DNA from: Nemertoderma westbladi
Taxonomy: Eukaryota; Animalia; Xenacoelomorpha
Reading direction: 5' to 3'
Assembly (NCBI GenBank): GCA_032718475.1
Contig: JAUCBJ010008313.1
Location: 62,001-126,000, forward strand
Length of the DNA: 64,000 nt
The translations under genes were made by a program, and so were the position numbers. Positions 11,077 through 20,885 of the stretch are shown piece after piece (the stretch's first letter is position 1; each line of letters starts with the position of its first letter). The notes under the pieces are model-generated. The model was not told where the DNA came from. It ran no database searches and worked only from the letters and a program-made list of their open reading frames with translations.

Positions 11077-12766
11077 AGGGTCCTGAGGTAGTAGCTACCG
11101 CTGGTCGGCGAAGAGGTGCCGGGGTTTTCGACGGAGGGATACCGAGGAGATCGTCGGGTGTCGGCGCATCGCTGGGGCCTTCCTCGACCAGTATCGCTGA
11201 GCGGGTCCGTTGTTGGCTGGTACTCGGAATCTCCGACGACCAATCTTCGCCGCCCGGGAAAGGATACGGGGATAACCGTTGGCATATGTCGCCGAAGTCG
11301 CTCAATGCGGCTGTAGTGGCTACCTCTCTCGCGGGGCTACCGGAGCCGCGTGGGGTGTAGACGCCTGCTCTCTTCATCGGTTCGGCCGAGGCAACCCGTT
11401 TGGCGGCCGGTCCGTACGCGGCCTCCGGCTCGAGTTGTCGCTTCGGGGTGGAGAGTAGAACACCCTCGTTTAGCCATATCTCTTCCCCTTCCGAGGAGAT
11501 CAGAGGCTCCTCCGCACCGAGAAGTTCGGTAATCGTAGGGATGTCGTAAGGTCCGCTCTCGTCCCAGGAATCGATAACGGCGGGCGTTTTCGATTCTCCC
11601 GGTGTAATGTTCTCGACCGCTTTAAACGCATGGTTTATAACCTCGTTCCAGTCGTAGTCGACGAAGGAAAGGGGGACCGCCGTAATAAGGTTATCGAGAG
11701 TTTTACAGATAAACTTAGCGACGGTGTAGCATTCCATAACGACGTAAACGTAGTTCCGTCGATCGGGATTCTCCCATCTTTGGTGTATCGTCCACTTCCG
11801 ATCAACGTCCTTCCATCGACCCTCTCGCTCGCTCTTTATCTCTAATCCCGGGTATCCGCCGTATATTTTATTATAGTCTCGGTATTTCTGGGGTTTGAAG
11901 TCGATACCGCCGTTTAGCACAGCGAGGTAGCCGATCCCGGATTTCGTCGGTCTCACTTCTTGGAATCCTCGCATGAATTCGGCGAATCTTAACCAGGCTA
12001 GCAGCGTTTCAGTGTCGATGCAATGGCTAAGTGCGTTGAGGTCGTTTCGTCGGTTTCTTCCTGCGGGAGCGTTCGCGTAGTCGTTCCGGACGTCCGCCTT
12101 GATATCCGACCCGATTTTAATAACGTCGAAGTCGAAGAGGATCTTTTGGATTTCCGGAGGCAGCAACCAGATCGCTCCGGCTGCCTGCACTTCCTGTCTG
12201 GGTGTCGGGAATATTCGGCACACCAGTACCAAACCGTCCAGGGTTCCGAGGACGACGACTAAGGATCGACCGTATTCTTTCGCCCCGTACTTTTCTTGGT
12301 AGTCGTCTCGGTTTTGGATAATCGATACGCGTTCCTCTCGAAGCGTCGCCGTACACTCCGACAGGTTTCCCCAGTGGGCGAGGTACGTACTCTTGTCGTC
12401 GACGAAACTTTGACATCTCGCCAACGTAATCGCTTTCGAGGTGGGCGTCGCGTTTCCCTCGTTATCGTAGATCAAACATCGGGATCTGTAGACGCTCTGC
12501 CGGAACGTTTCCCAAAACGACGAATCGTCCCCTCCGGTTGCCTTTGCGTTCCGAGTTCTTTTCAGTCTCGTACTAGCATCGGCTAACCGGAGGGCTCGTA
12601 GATTCTTAGAATCCGGTCCCTCTCGCCCGGTGAATTTAATGACTCGCACGTTCTCATTTAGCAGGGTGCTCCAATTTGTATCAAAGTCAGGGGATCCGGG
12701 TTGCGAATATTCCAGTAGATCTATCGTGTTACGTAATTCGCCGATAATTTGGCGATTTGGGTCCAT
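11042..12766 (-). CDS. Accessory ORF of D, N-terminal part: DEDDy-type 3'-5' exonuclease-like domain
   Basis: LIYDNEG (ExoI DxE), LPPEIQKILFDFDVIKIGSDIKADV (ExoII), CIDTETL, SGIGYLA and YVVMECY (ExoIII-like). Motif order matches WRN/EXD2/Mut-7 exonucleases. Confidence 0.75.
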   Translation of the reverse strand: MDPNRQIIGELRNTIDLLEYSQPGSPDFDTNWSTLLNENVRVIKFTGREGPDSKNLRALRLADASTRLKRTRNAKATGGDDSSFWETFRQSVYRSRCLIYDNEGNATPTSKAITLARCQSFVDDKSTYLAHWGNLSECTATLREERVSIIQNRDDYQEKYGAKEYGRSLVVVLGTLDGLVLVCRIFPTPRQEVQAAGAIWLLPPEIQKILFDFDVIKIGSDIKADVRNDYANAPAGRNRRNDLNALSHCIDTETLLAWLRFAEFMRGFQEVRPTKSGIGYLAVLNGGIDFKPQKYRDYNKIYGGYPGLEIKSEREGRWKDVDRKWTIHQRWENPDRRNYVYVVMECYTVAKFICKTLDNLITAVPLSFVDYDWNEVINHAFKAVENITPGESKTPAVIDSWDESGPYDIPTITELLGAEEPLISSEGEEIWLNEGVLLSTPKRQLEPEAAYGPAAKRVASAEPMKRAGVYTPRGSGSPAREVATTAALSDFGDICQRLSPYPFPGGEDWSSEIPSTSQQRTRSAILVEEGPSDAPTPDDLLGIPPSKTPAPLRRPAVATTSGPYATNPLVRRAN

Positions 12767-13331
12767 ATTTACGATTATATCCGTTACAAATTAGTTCAGT
12801 TAATTATAAGTCCAGAAAGTCTGAAACTATAGCGATAGCAGAATAATTCAGTTTTTTATTTAATTCAGTTTATTAAATAACATTGCTATATAGGCATCTA
12901 TCATCTTATTGCTAATACATTCAGCATTTACAGTTACTATAGCTATACATAATATCCAACCAGTTTTTTATGACTTTTTTGTCCTTTTTTTTTTTTTCCA
13001 ATTCTTTTCTTTGACCTCTTTTATACCTTTTTTTTGTCTTTTTTCATTTCATTTCATTATTATTTCATCTCATTTCATTTATTTCCACATATATTTCAAC
13101 ACATTTAGTTCCACCATTTATTTCACATTTATTTATTTCCACATCATCATTGGGTTTATAGCCCCCCGGCTATCATCATTGGTTATAAGCGCAGCACCAT
13201 GGTGCGCATCATTTCATTTTCATCAGCATACGCGTCATCATTCAGGTTTATAGCAGAGTTGTCTGATCCTTTTCATCACTTCCAACTATATTCAATCATT
13301 TTCTTTGGTTAATCTTTGTCGTGGAAGGGGT

Positions 13332-13742
13332 GTTACGCGGCAATCTGGGATCTACAGCTGGACTCGTTACACCGCCTACGCCCCAAACTGCGCACGTAAC
13401 GGACAATGAAGACGCTAGGAGTGAAGTCACGTGGATGCACCAGGGACCCACCAGAATAACACTCCCAACAACATAAAGCTCAGTCGACGAAGTCATGTGG
13501 GATGGGGTTACGCAACATTCTGGGATCTACAGCTGGACTCGTTACACCGCCTACGCCCCAAAATCCACGTAACGGTCCCACCAGAATAACGCGACTGAGA
13601 AACATAAAACCCTCTATCGTCGAAGTCATGTGGATGCACCATGGACCCACCAGAATAACGGGATAGAGGGGGTGTTGCGCGGCAATCCGGGATCTACAGC
13701 TGGACTCGTTACACCGCCTACGCCCCGAACTGCGCACGCAAC
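13332..13742 (-). repeat. Three ~70-bp structured repeats between pol and the accessory ORF of D
   Basis: Core GGGATCTACAGCTGGACTCGTTACACCGCCTACGCCCC at ~13347, 13522 and 13689, with a second motif (..CCCACCAGAATAAC) between units. Confidence 0.9.
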
Positions 13743-14160
13743 GGACAACATAACATACTGCAATGAATACAATGAATTCCACTTCAAATCTTTTCCATTT
13801 CCAATAATCCAATATCGTCGGTCCCGATGACCAAAATCAGGGTAAACTAAACATAAACGACCCTGCGTCAGCCGAAACATCTGCAGGGTGATGCTGGACT
13901 CCACATAACACACGAGGAAACACAAATACCATTGCGTGGTTACAGTTGGTTTAAAGGGGGTCCATAATTCGTTGTCGATAAATCACAGTTTAAAAAGAGT
14001 TTGTCAACATGATGAGAAGGGTTTAAACGCATTTATAATTGTCACCAATGTCCACAGTAGGATCCGTAGGGAACTTATCACCTCTTGTAGAATCACCACT
14101 GTCATTGCCTTCAAGAAGGCACAGCTTCTGGATGGGGCGTTGGTAGTGGCCCGCTTTCGT

Positions 14161-17100
14161 TCATATCGTCACAGTCCTCGCAAGTCCGTCTTTGCTTGGG
14201 TGTATGGTCACGACCCGCGCCACAGGCCAGTGAACGCGGTCTTTGAGATCTTCTCTAACTAGTACCATGTCGCCAACTGCGACGTTCCGGTGAGTGTTGT
14301 TCCATTTCCTCCTGGTCCGGAGGGTTATGAGATATTCCTGGGCCCAAATCCTCCACCAATGCGCTGCCAACGCTTGGGCCTTTTTCCAGTTTGTATGTTT
14401 CGCGATCTCGTTGGGATCCGGGAACATGGTTTCCGGGAGGAGGTGGGTTTTGGGTCTCCCCAGTAAGTGGTTAGGAGTGAGGGGTTCCAGTTCTGTGGGG
14501 TCGTCGCGGATAGGAACAATGGGTCGGTTGTTCAGGGTAGCCGTGATCTCGCAGGATGTTGTGCGGAGGGTGTCATGGGTTACCCGGGTATCGCCTAGAG
14601 CGACGCGCATGGACCGTTTCACTAGGTCGATCAGTTTCTCCCATACCCCGCTCGTATGGGGTGCTAAGGGGGTCTGGAAGTGCCACTGTATCTGGTGTTC
14701 CTTCCAGACTTGGGATGCGGTGTTATTGGTAAACCATCCCTCGATCGCCTCTCTAAGTTCTCTTTCTCCTCCCACAAAGTTTGTACCATTATCGGAATAC
14801 ATGTGGCGACATGTTCCGTTGTTCGCCACGAACCGACGCAGAGCGTTGATGAATGCGTGTTGTGTCAAATTTACCACGATATCTAGGTAAATTGCCCTAG
14901 ATCTTAGGCAGGTGAAGATGGCTCCCCAGCATTTGATGTTGGATCGTCGTTCAATAACCGTGAACGGTCCGAAACAGTCCACTCCGGTGACGTAGAATGG
15001 TGGGGAATCCGCTTCTAGACGGGTGGCTGGTAAGTCGGCCATCTTTTGGGTGATTGGTGGCGCTAGGTAACGTCTGCAGGTGAAGCAACGTTTCAACACT
15101 TTCCGGATCAGTGGCTGGATGTGGGTGATCCAATATCTTTGTCTTATATTAGCTATAATCCAATTCTGTCCTGCGTGGTGGTTGTCCTCGTGACATTGTA
15201 GAATTAATAGCTTAGCTAGTGTCGACGTTCCGGGCAGAAGCGCCGGGTATTTAATCTCATATTCGACCGGGGCGTTTGCCATCCGGGTATTCAGTCGGAT
15301 CAGTCCGTCCTCTCCCATCATTGGTCTCAGTTGGTAGACTGGGCTGTCCGGTTTCAACGTTTTACCCGCACTAAGTTGTTCCCATTCATCGGGGAAACTT
15401 TCTTTCTGGACATATCTAACAATACACTTCTCCGCAATAATGAGTTCTTGTATATTCCGTTGAACTATCGGTTTGTTGTTCTTCCACCGTAGGAAGTTGC
15501 GAAGGGTTATAACGTGGTGGACGAGCCGTCTCATGGATGAAGTTCGCTCGATCAACCGATGTAGAGACGTCGCTAGTTGAGTGATCGTCGCGACGTTATA
15601 GTGCCTGCCCGAGTCCTTTGCAGGCTCAGTCAGACAACTATAAATTTCCACCGCGTTGCTTCGATGGATTTTACGGATTTCTTTATCGTCCTCGGAGTAT
15701 TTTCCGCTATCGAGCTCGGGGTCGAATCGGGTACTCCATGTTAATTGTGGCTGCCGTAGGAATTCCGGGCCTGTAAGCCAGAGTCTACTTTTACCGAGTT
15801 GTTTTGGGGTGGCGCCTCGGCTAGATAAGTCCGCTGGGTTTTCCTTCCCGTTCACGTGATGCCACTGTTCTCGGCCGGTACATTGTTTAATCTCCGTGGC
15901 TCGGTTTGCAACAAACGTGGTGTGACGCCGTGATGGAGAGTGGAGATAATAGAGGACTATACTCGAATCTACCCAGAAGTGTTGAGATTCTATGGGGATC
16001 CGTAGATTCCGCATGGCCATGCGATTCTGTCTTACTGCCCAAACTGCAGCTTGTAGCTCGAGTCTCGGAATCGTTGCTACGAATTCCCCGGATACTGTTT
16101 TTGCTTTGGAAAATAAGAAGCTTGTATCGCCGTTTCCATCATTACTTAGTCTCCGTAAGAAGGTGACTACGCCGATTCCGGTATTCGAAGCATCCGAAAA
16201 GGTGTGGAGCTGGAAGATATCGGTGGGCAATTTATCGAGGAAGAATGGTCTAGGTATCCGCATAAGATGTAAGTGTTCGAGCTGCTCCGTCCATTTTCTC
16301 CATTTGACGCTGAGGTATGGGGGGAGCTCTTCGTCCCATCCCAGTCCTTCTATCCACATTTCCTTAATTAGGTTCATTCCGGCCAAGGTTACTGGAGATA
16401 TGAAATTTAGTGGGTCGAAGATGGCGCTTTTTATCGACAAACATCCCCTTTTTGTCATAGGCTTGGGTATGGGTTTATACTTGAAGATGAATTCGTCTGA
16501 TTCTATGTCCCATTCGATCCCAAGTACACGATGTTCCACATCCTCCGAATACATTTTGTTATCTTCCAGCCGGATGTCCTCCGGAAACTTTTCCATAAGT
16601 GTTTTGTCATGGGATCTGAACTTTACGAGCGGAAACCCTCCTTTCTTTAGACATTCCACCATCCCCATTGCTAGCCGATATGCCTCATCCACGTTATCCG
16701 CGCCGGCGCATCCGTCGTCCACGTAGAAGCATCGTTGAATGGTTTCTATGACGGTTGGAGGGAACTCGTTTTCGCACATAGTTGCCGTCCTCTTTAGCAT
16801 GTCACTGCATGCTACCGGCGAGTCCTTAGCGCTGAAGATCCTGACGACCATACGCATTACGTCTACGTCCCATATCGTGAGTTGGCTAATCTCCTGTTGA
16901 GTAAGCGTTTTATCCGTCCATAGGATACGTAGACAGTCCGAGTCTCTTGGTAACGTACGAACTTGATGAAACATGGCCTTGATGTCACAGGTGAATGCTA
17001 CCCGGTTTTCCCTGAACCTGATCAATACGCTGATGAGTGTGCTATATATGTTGGGTCCTGTGTAAAGTTGACTGTTTAGGGATTCGCCCTGGTACATAGC

Positions 17101-20100
17101 GGCAGCGTCATTTACCACTCGGATTTTCCCACCTTTGCGGGCTTCTACTACATAGTGGGTTGGGAGATAATATGTTCTTTTACCACCTTGCAGTTCATTC
17201 CGTGGTACCATTTCTGCTAATCCATCATCGAGATATCCTTGGATTACGGTATTATATTTCTCCTTTATTTCAGGTTGGTCATTCAGCCGGCGTAGAATCC
17301 CTTTAAGTCGTTTAAGTGCCATGCTGGCGTTGTTTGCCATTGGTTTGTTTGGATCCTTCCATAACATAGGTGAACACCAATGTCCGTCTTTAAACGTGGC
17401 CTGGTCGAGAACGTCCATACAATATTGGTCCTCTTCGGATGGGTTTTCGTCCTTTTCCGCGAACTCCTGGGTCTCCAAATTAAAATATTTCGTCATCTCT
17501 CGTTGGGTTTTCTCGGATTCCAGAAACAAATCCTCGTCAAGATCCGAAGCTGAGCAATAACCCACGGAGGTTACATTCTCTTTAATCTGACATTTGGGAA
17601 GGTAGGTATAGGTGTCCATAGTTTCCTCCTTAATGCCGCAGAGTGTCCATCCCATTATTGTTCGTTCAGCATAAAATCCGTCATCCTGGTTTATAGATCG
17701 GGCGATATCTCCGGTGGGGATGTGTAGTTCCGGTGTATCAAGTCCGATCAGTAGGGTGATACGGTTTACGTCCAACTGCGGACACCTCAGGTCTACATCG
17801 TCCCGGTCCAATTGTATGAGGGGGGCGTACTCGGCTGATTGTCGGAACCGCACCCGGAGGTCTGTGTGTACCAAGGCGTTCTTTATAGTTAACTTAGCCG
17901 TTTCGTAGCCCTTCATCACTCCTTCCATCTGGAGTTGCACCTCCCCGGACTCTACCTCTCTGTTATCGGTGATGGTTTGTATGGGCCGTTTACAAGGCTC
18001 ATATTCTAGTCCGAGTTGCTCGAGAAAGTCCCGGTCGATGATGGTTCCGTCAGACCCGTTATCGAGGAACGCGAGTGTCGTTAAAGATTTACCGACTCCT
18101 TGGATCCTTACTGGGATTACCTTTGCGAAAACCATGTAGCGGCGATTTATAAGATTAATCGTGGCCGAAATATTTGTTACTTGTGGTGTATCGGTGGAGA
18201 TTTTAAATGGGTTGGTTTCTCTCCGTTGGGTTGTCCGGGTTCCTTTGAAGACATGGTTTGTTTCTCCTCTTCGCCTGGCTTCGATCCGAAAGGGGAGGGT
18301 AGTAAAATCGAAGTTCGCGGGGATGTGGAGGAGCGTGTGATGGCGTTGGTCGTTACAGACAGCACAGCACGACCTTTGGTCGCAATCCCGAACGTAGTGA
18401 CCTGTTCCAAGACACCGGAAGCATCCTCGGTGTTTCATTATCGCCTCGAAGCGTGGGACGAGGTCGGCGAACTGAAACTTTCTGCAGAATTCCACTTTAT
18501 GTTTCTCCCCACAGAAGAGACAGAGCAGGGAATTTGTGATGCCTTCCCTTTCGGGTGCCCAATTCGCGAGATAACATGCCCATTCCTCGGCGGATGTCGG
18601 TTCCTCGTAGTCTTCGTCGTCGGAATCCTCAGCCATGGTGATGGCCATCGTACTCACCGGTGGGGGGCGGAATCTCGGTTTCGGAGGGGTTATCTTACCC
18701 CTGGAGTTGCTCTCTATTCCGTCCAACTTTGCGAGACTTTGTTTGGAAAACATCGAGTCATTCATGGCTTCGGAGATATCGTCCAGGAATGCCGACATCT
18801 CAAGGAAGCTAGGATCTCGATCTGGATGTCTGCGCCGGAGGTCTACACATTTATAAGCCCACTTACTTTGTAGCCATCCGGGGAACTTCCGGGCGATCTG
18901 TCGGAGGTTTAGGATGTTGTTCACCTGGTCCTCCTTATTCAAGGGTTTCAGAGTATAGTAGGCATCCTTCATAGAGTCGGAGAATTCCTGTATGTTCTGT
19001 GGGTCTCCTAGTGATCCCGCGTCCTGTATCAGTCTCTCTAGAGTTTTATTAATTATAGTTCCGGTATTTCCGTATCTTTTATCCAGAGTTTTCCATGCGT
19101 CATAGTATGCCTCATGAGAACCTCCTTCAAAACATGCAATAATTCTGCGTGGTTTGTCACCCAGGTATTGCGATAAATATACCAATTTCTGTGCGTCGGC
19201 TATGTCCGTTGATCCGATCTGCGCAAAGAACCGTTTCTTAAATCTGAGGTAATCGACGGGATCCCCTTCGAAGGTGCGAATCTCCATCTTAGGCATGGCA
19301 AGGCGGTTCTCCAACGCCCGGATGATGCTGACGTCCTCTGAACTGGAGTGACTCGGAGGGTTATAGTTATTGGCACTCACTCCCATACTTGATGGATCAA
19401 TAATAGGTGGAGTTTTAATAATGACGCGGCTACGAGTTTGTGGTGTCGATGTAAACGGGTTATTTGATCGGGGAGTGGCGTCCCGTTCCGAGTCCTTTTC
19501 AGGCTCGTACTTGGGTACACTCGCTGTCGTGGTGTTGGATGGGAAATAAGGTTCCTCATTCTTTAGCGTAGCTGGTGGGGGATGGAACACCGGGGCTTGT
19601 GCCGATAGCGTAGACTGTTTGGTGGGCGGGATCTCGGGTTTCGGAGGCTTCGCCGCTGTTGGTGTAAATGACTTTTCTAACTCCGGTACCGGAATTGGTT
19701 CATATTCCTGATCTATATCCCTTTCCCAGTCCTCGTAGAGTTGAATATCTCGTTCTATAAGTGCGGCTTCGTATTCTGCGAGTTTTGCAATATCCGCATT
19801 CTTTTTGTGGATGAGAATTGCTTGGGCCTCGGCGTGTTGTTTACGCATTTCTGCTTCCCATTTACGTTGTTCGATCTCCCGTTCGGCCTCTCGTCCGCGT
19901 TGTTCGGCTTCCTGTTTGCGTTGTTCGGCCTCGTGTTTGCGCTGTTCGGCCTGTCGTTCGTCCTCGTGTTTGCGGTGTTCGTCCTCTCGCCTGCGTTGTT
20001 CGGCTTCCTGTTCACGTTGTTCGGCCTGTCGTTCGGCCGCTTGTTCGGCCTCTCGACTTTGTGTTTCTGCAGCTAATACATCTTGCTCGGCTTGCAGTTG

Positions 20101-20697
20101 AATATACTCATCTTCCATCCGAGCTTTGAGGGCTAATGCCTTCCGCTCTCGCAGTTGGTCTCGGAGTGGCGGCGCCCCTTGAGAACTGCGCGCTGAGCCG
20201 GATATCTCGCTCCTAGCGCTGGAGTGCTGATTTCTGGTGGACCCCATTCTCTTGCGATGTACTCCTGTCCTGATGCTGGAGGATCGTACTGATTCCGCGT
20301 CTGTTCTTTCAGCCCTCTTGTAATACTGTTCCTCATAGCCTCTCACAAGGCTGAGGGTCCTCCGGTGTTGTTTGCGGAACCCATCTAGATGTACAACGTG
20401 TTCTTCCATCTTGGGGTAGTTTTCCAGATCGGTGGGGGGAACGAGCTCTTGGTACGCCTGTATCATTCTTTCATACCGCTGTAGGATATTTCGGATACTT
20501 TGAAGCTGAGTTTGTACCTCATTGAGGGGGGTTTTGACTCCCTTGAGTTGTTTCTCCATCCGTTGATACGCTCGGGTTACTCCGCCTTTAAGAGCCCCTA
20601 ACCGACGGGTCATGTTCTTGACGTTTGGTACCTCGTCGGCTTCCGAGTCTGTGTGGTGATCCATCTCGTCGGTATCGGATACGTTATTTGTGGTCAT
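14161..20697 (-). CDS. Gag-Pol polyprotein of Bel/Pao element D (2178 aa)
   Basis: Gag with three CCHC knuckles, protease AFLDNGSDGT, RT FYVDDG, RNase H FSDAS, integrase HHCC + DDE. The terminal TGA looks premature: the frame continues TKAGHYQRPIQKLCLLE to ~14023. Confidence 0.96.
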   Translation of the reverse strand: MTTNNVSDTDEMDHHTDSEADEVPNVKNMTRRLGALKGGVTRAYQRMEKQLKGVKTPLNEVQTQLQSIRNILQRYERMIQAYQELVPPTDLENYPKMEEHVVHLDGFRKQHRRTLSLVRGYEEQYYKRAERTDAESVRSSSIRTGVHRKRMGSTRNQHSSARSEISGSARSSQGAPPLRDQLRERKALALKARMEDEYIQLQAEQDVLAAETQSREAEQAAERQAEQREQEAEQRRREDEHRKHEDERQAEQRKHEAEQRKQEAEQRGREAEREIEQRKWEAEMRKQHAEAQAILIHKKNADIAKLAEYEAALIERDIQLYEDWERDIDQEYEPIPVPELEKSFTPTAAKPPKPEIPPTKQSTLSAQAPVFHPPPATLKNEEPYFPSNTTTASVPKYEPEKDSERDATPRSNNPFTSTPQTRSRVIIKTPPIIDPSSMGVSANNYNPPSHSSSEDVSIIRALENRLAMPKMEIRTFEGDPVDYLRFKKRFFAQIGSTDIADAQKLVYLSQYLGDKPRRIIACFEGGSHEAYYDAWKTLDKRYGNTGTIINKTLERLIQDAGSLGDPQNIQEFSDSMKDAYYTLKPLNKEDQVNNILNLRQIARKFPGWLQSKWAYKCVDLRRRHPDRDPSFLEMSAFLDDISEAMNDSMFSKQSLAKLDGIESNSRGKITPPKPRFRPPPVSTMAITMAEDSDDEDYEEPTSAEEWACYLANWAPEREGITNSLLCLFCGEKHKVEFCRKFQFADLVPRFEAIMKHRGCFRCLGTGHYVRDCDQRSCCAVCNDQRHHTLLHIPANFDFTTLPFRIEARRRGETNHVFKGTRTTQRRETNPFKISTDTPQVTNISATINLINRRYMVFAKVIPVRIQGVGKSLTTLAFLDNGSDGTIIDRDFLEQLGLEYEPCKRPIQTITDNREVESGEVQLQMEGVMKGYETAKLTIKNALVHTDLRVRFRQSAEYAPLIQLDRDDVDLRCPQLDVNRITLLIGLDTPELHIPTGDIARSINQDDGFYAERTIMGWTLCGIKEETMDTYTYLPKCQIKENVTSVGYCSASDLDEDLFLESEKTQREMTKYFNLETQEFAEKDENPSEEDQYCMDVLDQATFKDGHWCSPMLWKDPNKPMANNASMALKRLKGILRRLNDQPEIKEKYNTVIQGYLDDGLAEMVPRNELQGGKRTYYLPTHYVVEARKGGKIRVVNDAAAMYQGESLNSQLYTGPNIYSTLISVLIRFRENRVAFTCDIKAMFHQVRTLPRDSDCLRILWTDKTLTQQEISQLTIWDVDVMRMVVRIFSAKDSPVACSDMLKRTATMCENEFPPTVIETIQRCFYVDDGCAGADNVDEAYRLAMGMVECLKKGGFPLVKFRSHDKTLMEKFPEDIRLEDNKMYSEDVEHRVLGIEWDIESDEFIFKYKPIPKPMTKRGCLSIKSAIFDPLNFISPVTLAGMNLIKEMWIEGLGWDEELPPYLSVKWRKWTEQLEHLHLMRIPRPFFLDKLPTDIFQLHTFSDASNTGIGVVTFLRRLSNDGNGDTSFLFSKAKTVSGEFVATIPRLELQAAVWAVRQNRMAMRNLRIPIESQHFWVDSSIVLYYLHSPSRRHTTFVANRATEIKQCTGREQWHHVNGKENPADLSSRGATPKQLGKSRLWLTGPEFLRQPQLTWSTRFDPELDSGKYSEDDKEIRKIHRSNAVEIYSCLTEPAKDSGRHYNVATITQLATSLHRLIERTSSMRRLVHHVITLRNFLRWKNNKPIVQRNIQELIIAEKCIVRYVQKESFPDEWEQLSAGKTLKPDSPVYQLRPMMGEDGLIRLNTRMANAPVEYEIKYPALLPGTSTLAKLLILQCHEDNHHAGQNWIIANIRQRYWITHIQPLIRKVLKRCFTCRRYLAPPITQKMADLPATRLEADSPPFYVTGVDCFGPFTVIERRSNIKCWGAIFTCLRSRAIYLDIVVNLTQHAFINALRRFVANNGTCRHMYSDNGTNFVGGERELREAIEGWFTNNTASQVWKEHQIQWHFQTPLAPHTSGVWEKLIDLVKRSMRVALGDTRVTHDTLRTTSCEITATLNNRPIVPIRDDPTELEPLTPNHLLGRPKTHLLPETMFPDPNEIAKHTNWKKAQALAAHWWRIWAQEYLITLRTRRKWNNTHRNVAVGDMVLVREDLKDRVHWPVARVVTIHPSKDGLARTVTI

Positions 20698-20885
20698 TGT
20701 AACGCCTCGTCGATGGCGAGATACGCGATGTCGTAAAACAGTTCCTCGTAGGTATTGTACTCAGCTTGGACCACCCGAACAGTAATCCTGAATCGTCCAA
20801 CGTTTGTTCCTTGTACCTCAACTTCGACGTGCCAGATTCCTGGCTCAACTTGAATTATATCAATGGGTGTGATCGATACTTCCAT
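20694..20885 (-). CDS. 63-aa upstream ORF overlapping the gag start codon (ATGA)
   Basis: ATG start, protein-like composition. Its TGA overlaps the gag ATG by 4 nt (CAATGACC). Confidence 0.45.
   Translation of the reverse strand: MEVSITPIDIIQVEPGIWHVEVEVQGTNVGRFRITVRVVQAEYNTYEELFYDIAYLAIDEALQ

Noticed and set aside
10177-12766. Accessory ORF as an env gene
   Set aside because: No signal peptide, transmembrane segment or glycoprotein-like cysteine pattern. Nuclease and zinc-knuckle motifs are present instead.
12909-13253. Phe/His-rich 114-aa ORF
   Set aside because: Translation of a T-rich low-complexity spacer.
14294-20129. Numerous plus-strand ORFs antisense to gag-pol (likewise opposite B, C and E)
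   Set aside because: Shadow ORFs of long coding frames with no recognisable motifs.
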